A stretch of DNA of 64,000 nucleotides from positions 1-64,000 of IMG/VR virus record IMGVR_UViG_3300023174_000129; one strand, 5' to 3'. Under the pieces are notes generated by a model that made no database searches, was not told the DNA's origin, and saw only the letters and a list, made by a program, of their open reading frames with translations. Source of the stretch: a virus. Each line of letters begins with the position of its first letter. The stretch's first letter is position 1. Positions 31,548-41,539 of this stretch are shown in pieces. Both the position numbers and the translations under genes were made by a program.

Positions 31548-32066
31548 TTAATAAAACTTATCAACGAATAATTTACAATATTTTTTAAAAATTTTATTAT
31601 CAACATCATGATCAATATCCTCACTTAAAATATCAATTCCTTTTAAAGTTTTCTTTATCAAATTATTATCAACAGATTTATCTTTTTCACCTATTAAAAC
31701 TAATTTCTTTTTATATGTAGATTTATCTTTAACATCGTTAGGTATTTTTTGTAATTTAATATCTTTTTTATCAAAAGAAGGCATAAGTAATAATGCTGGT
31801 ATTTGTTTAAAATTTGACAGTTCATTAGCCATATATCCGCCAACAGAATGTCCTATAACACCATCAATATTAATTTTAGAAATAATATCCCAAACATCAT
31901 CTTTTCTATAATCAACAAAAATAGACACATAATCAAATCCTAAATCATTAACAATTTTTTTATATTGCTTTTTAATTTGATTTTTATTATGTTTTTGTGC
32001 ATCTAAACCATGTATATACAATATTGTTTTTTGCTTAAAGTTATTATATTCTATTAGATATTCCAT
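31548..32066 (-). CDS. Alpha/beta hydrolase (YqiA-like)
   Basis: LYIHGL, GHSVGG nucleophile elbow, D...DH; N-terminus MEYLIEYNNF. Confidence 0.75.
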   Translation of the reverse strand: MEYLIEYNNFKQKTILYIHGLDAQKHNKNQIKKQYKKIVNDLGFDYVSIFVDYRKDDVWDIISKINIDGVIGHSVGGYMANELSNFKQIPALLLMPSFDKKDIKLQKIPNDVKDKSTYKKKLVLIGEKDKSVDNNLIKKTLKGIDILSEDIDHDVDNKIFKKYCKLFVDKFY

Positions 32067-32083
32067 ATTAGTATATATAAAGA

Positions 32084-32881
32084 TTATATATAACTTTTCT
32101 CTAATAATTTAAAATTTTTAGAAATGCCTTTATATAAAATACCTTCAACAGATACTCTTTTTGGACCCTTTAAATTATTTTCCACATTATATTTTTCTAC
32201 ATACTCTGATAATTCTTTTATTGTTTCAAATATTAAAATTGAATCTCCAAATTGTATTGTATAAATTTTTGAATTAGGATTTCCTTTACCCGAATTATTT
32301 TCGGACATTTTTTGTTTAGATTTTTGTGTATGCTTTCGTCCAGGTCTTCCCTTTAATTTTTCTTTAATTTTATTTTTTACTTCTTCGGTTCGTGGAACTC
32401 CTTTTCCATAACCAATATGACCTATAAGCCCTTTACTTACTTTAGATTTGAAATCATCTGTCTTCAGATAATCTTGAAATTCTTTATTATTCTTTAAAGA
32501 AATAGATGTTTTTATCTTTGATTCTTCTCTATGTTTATAACCACTTTGCCCTTCACCACCATCAGATAAATTCGTTAAAGTTCCACCGTTTTCTTCTCTA
32601 CCTATTAATTTAATTAACTTTATTTCTTCTGTTAATGCTTGTTCTTCTGTTAAAGAAGTTTTAATTATTTTATAGATAGGTTCGAAACCTTCGTTCAAAA
32701 TTAATTTTAGTTTATTATGAAAATATGTTTTGCTCTTTTTACAAAGATATAAATGTCGTTTAACTCTATCCTTTATTCCTTTACCAACATATATTGGCTC
32801 ATAATCAAATGTTATATCTTCAAAAACAAAGTTGCCAATTTTTCTTGGGTCTAAATAAATATAAATGTAATAATCTTTCAT
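32084..32881 (-). CDS. GIY-YIG homing endonuclease with NUMOD3 repeats
   Basis: Likely start MKDYYIYIYLDPRK at 32881; IYVGKG...R; NLSDGGEG; paralog of 28343-29323. Confidence 0.85.
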   Translation of the reverse strand: MKDYYIYIYLDPRKIGNFVFEDITFDYEPIYVGKGIKDRVKRHLYLCKKSKTYFHNKLKLILNEGFEPIYKIIKTSLTEEQALTEEIKLIKLIGREENGGTLTNLSDGGEGQSGYKHREESKIKTSISLKNNKEFQDYLKTDDFKSKVSKGLIGHIGYGKGVPRTEEVKNKIKEKLKGRPGRKHTQKSKQKMSENNSGKGNPNSKIYTIQFGDSILIFETIKELSEYVEKYNVENNLKGPKRVSVEGILYKGISKNFKLLEKSYI

Positions 32882-32928
32882 AAGTATATATATTAAATTA
32901 TATCCTGCCTGATTTAGAAGTAAAGCAT

Positions 32929-32961
32929 AAAATAAAAGAGCCAATTGGCTCTTTTATTTTT
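32929..32961. terminator. Intrinsic terminator
   Basis: aaaataaaagagcc-aatt-ggctcttttatttt. Confidence 0.7.
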
Positions 32962-33790
32962 AAACTAATTCTAATTCTTCTTGCTTTAATAGTTCATATG
33001 CTCTACTTAACCTAGTCATTCCTATTCCTCCGCCTGAACGCTCAAAGAAATTATATGTAAGGAAATCTTCTAATTCTTTTTCAACTCTTTCTTTTCCGAA
33101 TAATTGGAATAATTTTGCTGCATATTCACCATCCATTATTGTATAGAACATTTCCCTCATTTCTTCTGGATTACAAGACCTTTCGGCGGAACCAATAGTT
33201 TCTTGTCCGTATAAGATAACATCTATTTTATTAAATATACTGTCACCTTTATATCGCATGTTCCAAAACGGACTTGTCCTGCGTGGAAACTCTTGTAAAG
33301 AGATACATTTTCCAAGTTCGTTTTTCATTCTTGTCTCATGTTCATCTTCTAAAATTTGAACACCGCCATATTCTTCACATATTTCGTCATACTTGACTTC
33401 AACTGGTGAACCAAAACCAAGATAATTTAGTAATTGGTTTTCAAGTTTTTTTAATTCTTCAAATCCGCCTTTAAGTTCAAATTCAAACATAGGAAATATT
33501 TTTGCATGTCGTCCTGAAATTGGATTTTTCTCATCTCTATAAGATGTAGTTAAACAGAAACAACCTGGCCATTCTGGGTTTTTTAATAGTTCTTCTTCAA
33601 GATCCATTTGTCCTGTTTGTTTAAGTGGCCATACCTGTCCGTCTAATTGGAAAGTCATGACTGAATGTGGATTTTCACATGCTGCAAGGATAGAAGTTCT
33701 TGATTGAGTTGGAACTTCGATGAAACCTTTTTCCAAGAAAAAGCTTCTCATTTTTTGAACGAGTTCATTGTAAATTTTTGTGTTTGTCAT
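32960..33790 (-). CDS. Class IIb aaRS catalytic-domain protein (AsnRS/AspRS-like, no anticodon domain)
   Basis: RSFFLEKGFIEV (motif 1), SYRDE...RH..F (motif 2), ETIGSAER, GGGIGMTR (motif 3); 276 aa. Confidence 0.8.
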   Translation of the reverse strand: MTNTKIYNELVQKMRSFFLEKGFIEVPTQSRTSILAACENPHSVMTFQLDGQVWPLKQTGQMDLEEELLKNPEWPGCFCLTTSYRDEKNPISGRHAKIFPMFEFELKGGFEELKKLENQLLNYLGFGSPVEVKYDEICEEYGGVQILEDEHETRMKNELGKCISLQEFPRRTSPFWNMRYKGDSIFNKIDVILYGQETIGSAERSCNPEEMREMFYTIMDGEYAAKLFQLFGKERVEKELEDFLTYNFFERSGGGIGMTRLSRAYELLKQEELELV

Positions 33791-33904
33791 AAGGGATTTT
33801 TTTTTTGAGGCATTTTTTGATGCCCCAAATATAGATATGATTATTTAATCTTTTTATATATTACTTTTTAAAAATAAAGTTTAGATATTTTTAATATATA
33901 ATTA

Positions 33905-34342
33905 ATGAAGTATATTAAATATTTTGAAAATTATTCTGCAATAGTTATTGGTGATAAAATAATAACACGAAATGACTTAAATAAAATTTTAAAAGGATAT
34001 ATAACTTGTGCCTTGTGGACAGATGAAGAAGAACTTAAAACTCAAAATGCACAAATTGATGTAGATATTGAAAATGTAGATTATAATTCCTTAATAGCAT
34101 CATATAATGATATTAAAAAATTTATTGAGTTAGCTGGTTCTGATAATATAAATTATGCAATTGAAGCTAATGGTTTAGAAAGATTAGGGCATGATATATG
34201 GCTAACCAGAAATGGACATGGTGCTGGTTTTTTTGATCACAATTATGACGAAGATGTTGAGAAAAAACTAATCGAATCAGGCAAAAGTTTAGGTAGTAAG
34301 CATATATACATAAATGATGAAAATAAAATAGATTTTGAATGA
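33905..34342 (+). CDS. Hypothetical phage protein, tag family
   Basis: MKYIKYFENY; GHDIWLTRNGHGAGFFD motif. Confidence 0.65.
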   Translation: MKYIKYFENYSAIVIGDKIITRNDLNKILKGYITCALWTDEEELKTQNAQIDVDIENVDYNSLIASYNDIKKFIELAGSDNINYAIEANGLERLGHDIWLTRNGHGAGFFDHNYDEDVEKKLIESGKSLGSKHIYINDENKIDFE

Positions 34343-36195
34343 AATTATTAAAAAAATACTTTGATTTTATAAATGAATCATTTGATTTAAATTCTTTCTT
34401 AAAAAAAGAAAACATTCCTGATATAATTAAGGAAAAATCTATTGAATATATCGATGATTGGTATAAAGATATTAAAAATCCAAGAAATGATGTAAGTCGT
34501 GATAAATTAATTTTATGGTTTGCTCGTAATATTAGGAATAAAATATATGAAGATTGGAAAATAATTTATAATGCTAAATTCAAACAAGAAGATATAAACA
34601 ACTCACCAATTTTAGATATTATCTATTATTTAACAGGACGCAAAATTACAGATGAAAATAAAAATAAAGTTTTAAGTGATGTTAATAAAGATATTAATAC
34701 AATACTTAAACATAATTACACTCAATTAAATACTATCAGAGATTATATTTTTTCAAATGTTAGAAATGAAAATATTTGGAAAATAAATTATAATTCAACA
34801 TTTAAAGAAATGTATGAAATATCAGATGATTGGCATAAACAATTAAAAGCATCTGGATCAGTTACAGAAGAACATGGTTATAAATTAATTCAATATCCTG
34901 ATGGATTTTATTGGATAGATTTAGAAACTAACAATTGTGATGTAGAAGCTGAAGCAATGGGACATTGTGGTAGAAGTTCTGCTGATACATTAATATCTTT
35001 AAGACAAAGGAAAAAAGATGGTAGTGTTGAACCATTTGTAACTATAGCTATTGACTATAATGGTGCTATACAAACTGATGAAAATGGAGAATTTAACATC
35101 AAAAATGTTAAACCAGATGAACTTTACACAAAAATATATCAATGCAAAGGTAAAAATAATAAAAAACCTATTGCTAAGTATTATCCATATATAGTTGATT
35201 TATACTTAAAATATAAAATTGGAACAAAAATGGGTAATGAATATATGGAAAGTGAAGATTTTCATATTAGCGATGTTGAAGACGAAAAATTAATTGAAAG
35301 AATTATAAAGGAATATCCAATATTACTTGAAAATTATCTATTATTATCAAATAAAAAAATTGGAAAATTAATTGTTGATAAAGGATTATATAATGTGAAC
35401 ACTCATTTAGTAAGTAATTTATATTTTTTAATGCTAAATGATATAATAACAAAAGAAGATTTTGTTAAACAATATCCAAAAGATTTCGTTTTAAAAGATG
35501 ATGTTATTTATTTATATTTTAGGAAAGATAATGATAAGTGGAAAGATATAACGATACAAAATTTAGATTTTATGTATTCCACAAACAATAATAATGGTAG
35601 AAATTATTCAAGTAGAGATATAATAAATAGTTTGCACGAATATTATTATAGCGGTAATAATATTAAATTTCGTGATTTATATTTAAATTATATAACAGAT
35701 GATGCAAAAGCTGCTATAATAAATAAAATAGAAGAAATTAAAAACACATTATCGGAGGAAGAACAAGAAGAATTTGATGAATATGATTCTTGGGAAGATA
35801 AGGTAAAAAATATTGATGCTTTATATTATATTAAAATTGCAATTACTGATGCGTATTCTACGGCCCAAGATTCTGCAGATGAAAATGAACAATATAAAGA
35901 ATGTTTAAAACCATTATTAAATTTTTTTAATATGGATAAATTAATTTATCATGATGAAGGATTATTATTTGAAATCAATCCTGCTTGGTTATTAAGATAT
36001 GATAAATATAATTCAGATTATAATTTTTTATCCAATAAAATATTAAAAAGTTGGTTTAGTGAAGAAGGAGATAATTATGAAATTGAACCAGAAGATGAAT
36101 TATTAAAAATTAATATACCTTATTATGGATGGAATGGTGATATAGACGAAAAATATCTCGAAGAAGTAATAATTGATAGACTTGAAGATATATAA
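34339..36195 (+). CDS. Large protein with PcfJ-like domain, tag family
   Basis: MKLLKKYFDFINE; SDDWH...EAEAMGHCG...LISLR...VTIA...QCKGKNN. Confidence 0.55.
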   Translation: MKLLKKYFDFINESFDLNSFLKKENIPDIIKEKSIEYIDDWYKDIKNPRNDVSRDKLILWFARNIRNKIYEDWKIIYNAKFKQEDINNSPILDIIYYLTGRKITDENKNKVLSDVNKDINTILKHNYTQLNTIRDYIFSNVRNENIWKINYNSTFKEMYEISDDWHKQLKASGSVTEEHGYKLIQYPDGFYWIDLETNNCDVEAEAMGHCGRSSADTLISLRQRKKDGSVEPFVTIAIDYNGAIQTDENGEFNIKNVKPDELYTKIYQCKGKNNKKPIAKYYPYIVDLYLKYKIGTKMGNEYMESEDFHISDVEDEKLIERIIKEYPILLENYLLLSNKKIGKLIVDKGLYNVNTHLVSNLYFLMLNDIITKEDFVKQYPKDFVLKDDVIYLYFRKDNDKWKDITIQNLDFMYSTNNNNGRNYSSRDIINSLHEYYYSGNNIKFRDLYLNYITDDAKAAIINKIEEIKNTLSEEEQEEFDEYDSWEDKVKNIDALYYIKIAITDAYSTAQDSADENEQYKECLKPLLNFFNMDKLIYHDEGLLFEINPAWLLRYDKYNSDYNFLSNKILKSWFSEEGDNYEIEPEDELLKINIPYYGWNGDIDEKYLEEVIIDRLEDI

Positions 36196-36220
36196 AAAAA
36201 AGCGGATTAAATCCGCTTTT
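36194..36220. terminator. Bidirectional terminator
   Basis: aaaagcggat-taa-atccgctttt. Confidence 0.7.
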
Positions 36221-36791
36221 AAAATTCTATATCATAATATTCTATTTGTTCATCATTTCTTCGATTCGTTAAAACTAATTCCGATCTTCTAATTAATTCA
36301 TATTCATAATGTCTTCCTATTTTAAATAGTTTCCTAATAAAAGGTATATCATCTGAATCATAATTAATTCTATCTTCGTCAACCATTAAACAAAGACATT
36401 TAGTATCATCTTCAGCATTATAATTCGTTACAACAGGTTCATCATTTTCATAATCAATATGACCTGCTCCTTTTTTTGCATAACATATAAATGTTGTTTC
36501 TAATTCTTCCTCTGTTGGTGTGTGAGTTATATTTACCACATCACCTGGTTCAATTTTTGTTTCTTCTGATAAATAAACTCGAATCCAAAAATAAACTTTT
36601 TGTTTATCTATTTTTAAATTAATTTTATCATAATCAGAATGTTCAAAATCAATTACATCTAAATCTAATTGCTTTACCTGTTGAACTAAATAATCATAAT
36701 TTGTTTCCATATTTGTATTTGTTGTATATTTATTTTTTAATTGATTCCTTGGACTAAACCACATATCATCATAATTTGTTATAGTATTCAT
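36219..36791 (-). CDS. Hypothetical protein
   Basis: 190-aa ORF. Confidence 0.6.
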   Translation of the reverse strand: MNTITNYDDMWFSPRNQLKNKYTTNTNMETNYDYLVQQVKQLDLDVIDFEHSDYDKINLKIDKQKVYFWIRVYLSEETKIEPGDVVNITHTPTEEELETTFICYAKKGAGHIDYENDEPVVTNYNAEDDTKCLCLMVDEDRINYDSDDIPFIRKLFKIGRHYEYELIRRSELVLTNRRNDEQIEYYDIEF

Positions 36792-36868
36792 AAAATTTAA
36801 TTATTTTTAATTATTTTTAATTATATATCAAATAAGGAGGTTCTCCTTATAAAATTAATATATACTTC

Positions 36869-37555
36869 ATGAAAATTTCCGAAATTAATACATTATTCAA
36901 AGAGATATTTGATGAAGAAGAAGGGTTGGTTAAAACAATAGATACAGTTTATGAAAAATCTAAAGATGAAGATTTTTTAAAACTTGTTATATCAATACAT
37001 GATTTACAAGTTCAGGATACTTTAATTATACACACAAAGTTTATATTTAAAACTAATTTAGAAAAAACAGATTTAGTATCCAATTCTTTTATTTATCTGT
37101 ATGATATAAATTGCATTTATCATTCGGTTGAATTTAAAGATAGTTTTGATTTAGAGAAAAAACTTAAAAAAATAATAAATTCAAATAAATTTGGAAAAGA
37201 TATACAAACTCTTTCTGAATTTATTGATACACCTGGTTTATTATTATCGCATTATTTTAGAGAAAATAATATAGAAAATTTTAGCATTGGAAGTGTAAAT
37301 TACAACCCTAAATTTAAAACACGACCATGTGAAGAAACTACATTTGATTTTGATATAAATGTTGTAAATGATAATAATGATTACAATTTTAATTTAACCA
37401 TCTCAAAAGAAAAAGATATTTATGATAAAATCTTTTATAGATTTATTTTTTCATTATTAGATACTACAAAAACAATTGATATAGACAAATTAACTAATAT
37501 TCATTTTTTAATAGGACACCAAATAGTAGATATGTTAAATGCTATTTTAAAATAA
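36869..37555 (+). CDS. Hypothetical protein
   Basis: 228 aa; TAATATATA at 36856. Confidence 0.6.
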   Translation: MKISEINTLFKEIFDEEEGLVKTIDTVYEKSKDEDFLKLVISIHDLQVQDTLIIHTKFIFKTNLEKTDLVSNSFIYLYDINCIYHSVEFKDSFDLEKKLKKIINSNKFGKDIQTLSEFIDTPGLLLSHYFRENNIENFSIGSVNYNPKFKTRPCEETTFDFDINVVNDNNDYNFNLTISKEKDIYDKIFYRFIFSLLDTTKTIDIDKLTNIHFLIGHQIVDMLNAILK

Positions 37556-37567
37556 AATATATACATT

Positions 37568-38053
37568 ATGGAAAAAACAAACACACCTCAATACAAAACT
37601 CAATATGTAAATCATTTTAGAGATTTTGATGCAAAAAAAGAAAAAGAAGGATTGAAAAAAGTTAAAAGATCATTTCCTAAAAATGAAGATGATATATACG
37701 AACTTCCAAATAATAATAAACCACATTTTAACAATGTAACTAAAACAATGCAATTTTTATCTAAAGATGAAATAAAAGATAAAATTGAAGCAATTGAAGA
37801 TATGGAAGATAAAAAAGAATCTAAAATATTTAATTGGACTAAATTTAATGAAATGCACAGCGATGCTTCAAATGCATTTAAACAAGCCGATTATTGCGAA
37901 GGATGTGGTGCGGATATAAGTGAAGATGAAGAAAATTGCACATGTGACCGTAATTTTGATGATGAATTTGATGAAAGAGAAGAACATTTTCCAACACCAG
38001 ATGATGCGAGATTTCCATATGATAATGAATCAGATTTTGATATTACAAACTAA
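37568..38053 (+). CDS. Hypothetical protein with small Cys cluster and acidic tail
   Basis: CEGC...CTC; internal tag-like KIFNWTKFNE. Confidence 0.55.
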   Translation: MEKTNTPQYKTQYVNHFRDFDAKKEKEGLKKVKRSFPKNEDDIYELPNNNKPHFNNVTKTMQFLSKDEIKDKIEAIEDMEDKKESKIFNWTKFNEMHSDASNAFKQADYCEGCGADISEDEENCTCDRNFDDEFDEREEHFPTPDDARFPYDNESDFDITN

Positions 38054-38089
38054 AATAAAAAACCTCTCAAATGAGAGGTTTTTTATTTT
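38052..38089. terminator. Bidirectional terminator
   Basis: aaaataaaaaacctctc-aaat-gagaggttttttatttt. Confidence 0.8.
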
Positions 38090-38654
38090 AGTTGAAAAAT
38101 ATCCTAGCACTTATTACATCGCAACAATGACAAAAAGCACTTAATGGTGTCATTACTCTTTTATCTTTTCTATAATCTTCGCCTTCACCATGAATATATT
38201 TCAATGCTAATTTATGTTCATCAGTTAATTTTATATTAAATTTATTAATTAAATTTTCTCTTATGTCATCATCTGAATCAGTTTCATATTCATAAATTTC
38301 TTCCTCTATCATACCATTTTCGTCTATAACACCTGTTTTAACTAAAACTGGTGTATATTTAATTGGTTTCTCAATATCATGTAAAAATAACACCAAAATA
38401 GCATCTGATAAACTAAAATCTAATTTTCCCTTTAATGATAAATATTTAAACATTTTAGAAGAATAATCTAAAATATCTGATATATGTTTATAATAACCAC
38501 CTTCATATGCCTGATGATTAGAAACTGAACCAGGAGCATCAGGATATTTTTCTATAAAATAATCTAATAAATTAAGACATTTAAAATTATTATCATCGTC
38601 TATATTAAGAAGATGTGAAATAATGTTGTTAATTTCTGGTTTAAGAGCAAGCAT
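38088..38654 (-). CDS. HD-domain phosphohydrolase
   Basis: APGS...HQAYEGG...H, LHDIEK, IHG, CDVISAR. Confidence 0.8.
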   Translation of the reverse strand: MLALKPEINNIISHLLNIDDDNNFKCLNLLDYFIEKYPDAPGSVSNHQAYEGGYYKHISDILDYSSKMFKYLSLKGKLDFSLSDAILVLFLHDIEKPIKYTPVLVKTGVIDENGMIEEEIYEYETDSDDDIRENLINKFNIKLTDEHKLALKYIHGEGEDYRKDKRVMTPLSAFCHCCDVISARIFFN

Positions 38655-38678
38655 ATTTTTTTAATTTTGAATTATATA

Positions 38679-38963
38679 TTAATTAAAATTTTTTGTTTCA
38701 GTCATAAATTTAAAAAAAGTTTCAAATTTAATAGCAGTAAAATCAATAGCAGTAAGATTTATCGGTATAATTACAAAATCAAAAATTGATTTATAACGGT
38801 CATCTTTTTTTGATTTCATAAAAGAATAAATTAAATAATTCATGGCATAGATTGCATAGTCGCTATCATCAATAATTGCTTTTTTATCCGAAAAATTAAT
38901 TATTTCAAAATTTTTATTTTTATATTCAGAAATTACATCTTTATACATTTGTTTTATATTCAT
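38679..38963 (-). CDS. Hypothetical protein
   Basis: 94 aa, overlaps upstream stop. Confidence 0.5.
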   Translation of the reverse strand: MNIKQMYKDVISEYKNKNFEIINFSDKKAIIDDSDYAIYAMNYLIYSFMKSKKDDRYKSIFDFVIIPINLTAIDFTAIKFETFFKFMTETKNFN

Positions 38964-40321
38964 CTAAAATCTATTAATTTTTTATCTTCATCATTAAGAT
39001 TAAACCATTCAGCAATACTATCATTATTCCACATTCTATCAAATGGAACTAATGGAATCCATTTAATTGTTTCAGAACTAACATCTTGACTTACTTTTCG
39101 AACCGATAATAAATAATTAGCAAAATTGGTTTTTAAATAACTCATTATTGATTCTGCTTCTTCTTCCGTATCTGCTATAAAAGAAATATATGTATCATTA
39201 TAAAATTCACCTGGTTTTGATATAAAAATATTGCCAAACCCACTACCAGCTTGTCCATTTGCTCTTGGCGTTAAAACCCTCCATTTAGTAGAATCTTGAT
39301 TTTTTAAAGATGTTTTATCAATCCATTTAATAAATCCTCTTTTTTGTGATACAAAACATTTAACATAATTACTATTTATTTGTGTATCTTCTAATCGAAT
39401 ATCATTAGTATCAATTTTATATAGTGATCTTGGATTAAAAATAGTCTGAATACTTTCCTTATTTAATATTTTTGTTAAAAATTGTAGCGATTCTGTTTTT
39501 GAAACAATAACATCTAAATTAGTTAAATCAATATCAACACCATTGAATAAACAATTGCCATTATAAGCCATAACATACCGAAAATAAGAAACACCACCAG
39601 AAATTCTAACATTATTTCCAAATACTTCTCTTTCATTTTGAAAATGTTTTATATATGATATTTTTTTTGATTGCATCATTTTCTTTCTAAATGCATCAAG
39701 TCCTTTACCACCAGCAAACCATCTTGATGGTGTAATGAATGATAAAACACCATTAGTATTTAATAATTTAATAGATTCTTCTATAAATAAATTGTAAATA
39801 GGTTTAGCAGATGCTTTAGCACCACTATCCTTAATTTGATAAGGAGGATTGCCAATTACTCTATCAATTTTATCTATTTTCCATACATTTTTTAAATGCA
39901 ATCTAAATCCTTTATCTAAATAAGAACCTGTAAAATAATTTAATTTATATTCTGATTTTTGATCAACAAAATATAGGTATGAAAACATATTCATCGGTTG
40001 AATCTCACACACATATATCATATTTTCAACTATCCATTTATATCTTACCACTTCATCTTGGAATCCTTCAATATCTTTTAAACCAATTAAAAGTTTTTTA
40101 ATTAAAGTTAAAGTATAATTTCCAATACCATTGGCTGGGTCAAGCCATTTAAGATTTGGATTTTTAAAATCTTCTTCTAAAAAACAATTATCTAATTCTT
40201 CTTCAATTAACCAAATAGGAGTAAATACTTCTGCATATTTTATTTTAGATGCTTCATCAATATCTAAATATGGTGTTGCCATATGTTGTAAAATTGCATC
40301 TATACGATTATAAATTGTCAT
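38960..40321 (-). CDS. N6-adenine DNA methyltransferase (Eco57I-like, gamma class)
   Basis: EVFTP, LDPANGIG, IGNPPY, ITPSRW. Confidence 0.9.
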   Translation of the reverse strand: MTIYNRIDAILQHMATPYLDIDEASKIKYAEVFTPIWLIEEELDNCFLEEDFKNPNLKWLDPANGIGNYTLTLIKKLLIGLKDIEGFQDEVVRYKWIVENMIYVCEIQPMNMFSYLYFVDQKSEYKLNYFTGSYLDKGFRLHLKNVWKIDKIDRVIGNPPYQIKDSGAKASAKPIYNLFIEESIKLLNTNGVLSFITPSRWFAGGKGLDAFRKKMMQSKKISYIKHFQNEREVFGNNVRISGGVSYFRYVMAYNGNCLFNGVDIDLTNLDVIVSKTESLQFLTKILNKESIQTIFNPRSLYKIDTNDIRLEDTQINSNYVKCFVSQKRGFIKWIDKTSLKNQDSTKWRVLTPRANGQAGSGFGNIFISKPGEFYNDTYISFIADTEEEAESIMSYLKTNFANYLLSVRKVSQDVSSETIKWIPLVPFDRMWNNDSIAEWFNLNDEDKKLIDFR

Positions 40322-40862
40322 ATTTAATAATTGCTTTTGTTAATCTTGGTTCGGCAAGGCCTGTTCCGAATACCCATTCTATATTTTTATATGTTCTTGT
40401 TCCGTATGAACCTAATTCAATTCCTGATAAACTTTCTATATCATATAATTCATCTGCTAATTCAATAGTTCTTGTTTCAATAAACTCTTCAAAAAATAGT
40501 TTAGCACATTTTATCATCTTATTTAAACCATTTATATTTGGTTCCAAAGTATCTATTAATTCAACTTTCATAAAATAATTTGAATGTAAATCATCAACTA
40601 TTTCATCACGAAAACAAGGTGTTATACCACAATATTTACCAATAGGTAATTTATTATCTTTTATCATTTGTAAAAATGATTGTTCACCGGATGCTACTAA
40701 TGCTTTATCGTATATAAAAAAATCCTTTTTATCTAAAGGTTTTGTTATAATAGTTGTTGTTTTATCAACTGTCCAATCTAAATCAATATACTTATATCCA
40801 TTTGCATTGTAATAAGTAATTGCTGACATTAATCTTTGCCAATTTATTTTACCTTCTTCCAT
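40308..40862 (-). CDS. Minimal class II aaRS-like catalytic core (SerRS-like)
   Basis: VASGEQ, TPCFRDE (motif 2), FMKVEL, IELGS, GTGLAEPR (motif 3); only 184 aa. Confidence 0.7.
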   Translation of the reverse strand: MEEGKINWQRLMSAITYYNANGYKYIDLDWTVDKTTTIITKPLDKKDFFIYDKALVASGEQSFLQMIKDNKLPIGKYCGITPCFRDEIVDDLHSNYFMKVELIDTLEPNINGLNKMIKCAKLFFEEFIETRTIELADELYDIESLSGIELGSYGTRTYKNIEWVFGTGLAEPRLTKAIIKYDNL

Positions 40863-41097
40863 TTTTAAATGCTCTTTTGGTTATATCTGAAAATGTTTTT
40901 AAATCTTCCATATTTATATTTTGATTTATGCAATATTCTTCAATTGCGCCATATAAATCAGATAATTCAACCATTATTAATATTTTTGATTTTTGTCCTT
41001 CAGCATCTTTTAATTCATCTAATTCTTCTTGAATTTTAGAAATTGTTCCAAGTTTACCCTTCTGTATATCCGATATATGATAACCTATGATACTCAT
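40849..41097 (-). CDS. MazG-like nucleotide pyrophosphatase-fold protein
   Basis: KIQEELDEL...VELSDLY (EExxE...ExxD). Confidence 0.55.
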   Translation of the reverse strand: MSIIGYHISDIQKGKLGTISKIQEELDELKDAEGQKSKILIMVELSDLYGAIEEYCINQNINMEDLKTFSDITKRAFKNGRR

Positions 41098-41534
41098 ATA
41101 TTAAAGTTAATTTTATCAATTCTTTTTTGATGTCTTCCGCCTTCAAATTCAGTTTCTAAAAAAACTTCAACTATATTTAAAGCTTCTTCTGTTGTTATAA
41201 ACCTTGCTGGTAAGCATAAAACATTTGCATCATTATGTTGTTTTGCTAAAATAGCTATCTCGGCTTTCCAACACAAAGCGGCTCTTACTCCTCGCCATTT
41301 ATTTGCTGTCATACAAATACCATTTCCAGTTCCGCATATTAAAATTGATAAATCAGTTTCACCTGATGTTAATGATTCCATAACTCTATGTGCATAATCT
41401 GGGTAATCAACAGATTCTCCTGTATCTGTTCCAAAATTAATTACTCCATATCCTTGTTCAGTTAACATATTAACTATTGCTGTTTTTAATTCTGGTCCAG
41501 CATGATCGTTTCCAATTGAGATTTTTAGCGACAT
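41094..41534 (-). CDS. rpiB: Ribose-5-phosphate isomerase B
   Basis: GNDHAG, DYPD, CGTGNG, ANK, HNDANVL, FEGGRH. Confidence 0.95.
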   Translation of the reverse strand: MSLKISIGNDHAGPELKTAIVNMLTEQGYGVINFGTDTGESVDYPDYAHRVMESLTSGETDLSILICGTGNGICMTANKWRGVRAALCWKAEIAILAKQHNDANVLCLPARFITTEEALNIVEVFLETEFEGGRHQKRIDKINFNI

Positions 41535-41539
41535 TTTTA

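Noticed and set aside
26890-41097. Z-genome (PurZ/MazZ/DatZ) pathway
   Set aside because: The pur gene is PurM, not PurA/PurZ-like, and many adenine MTases imply ordinary adenine
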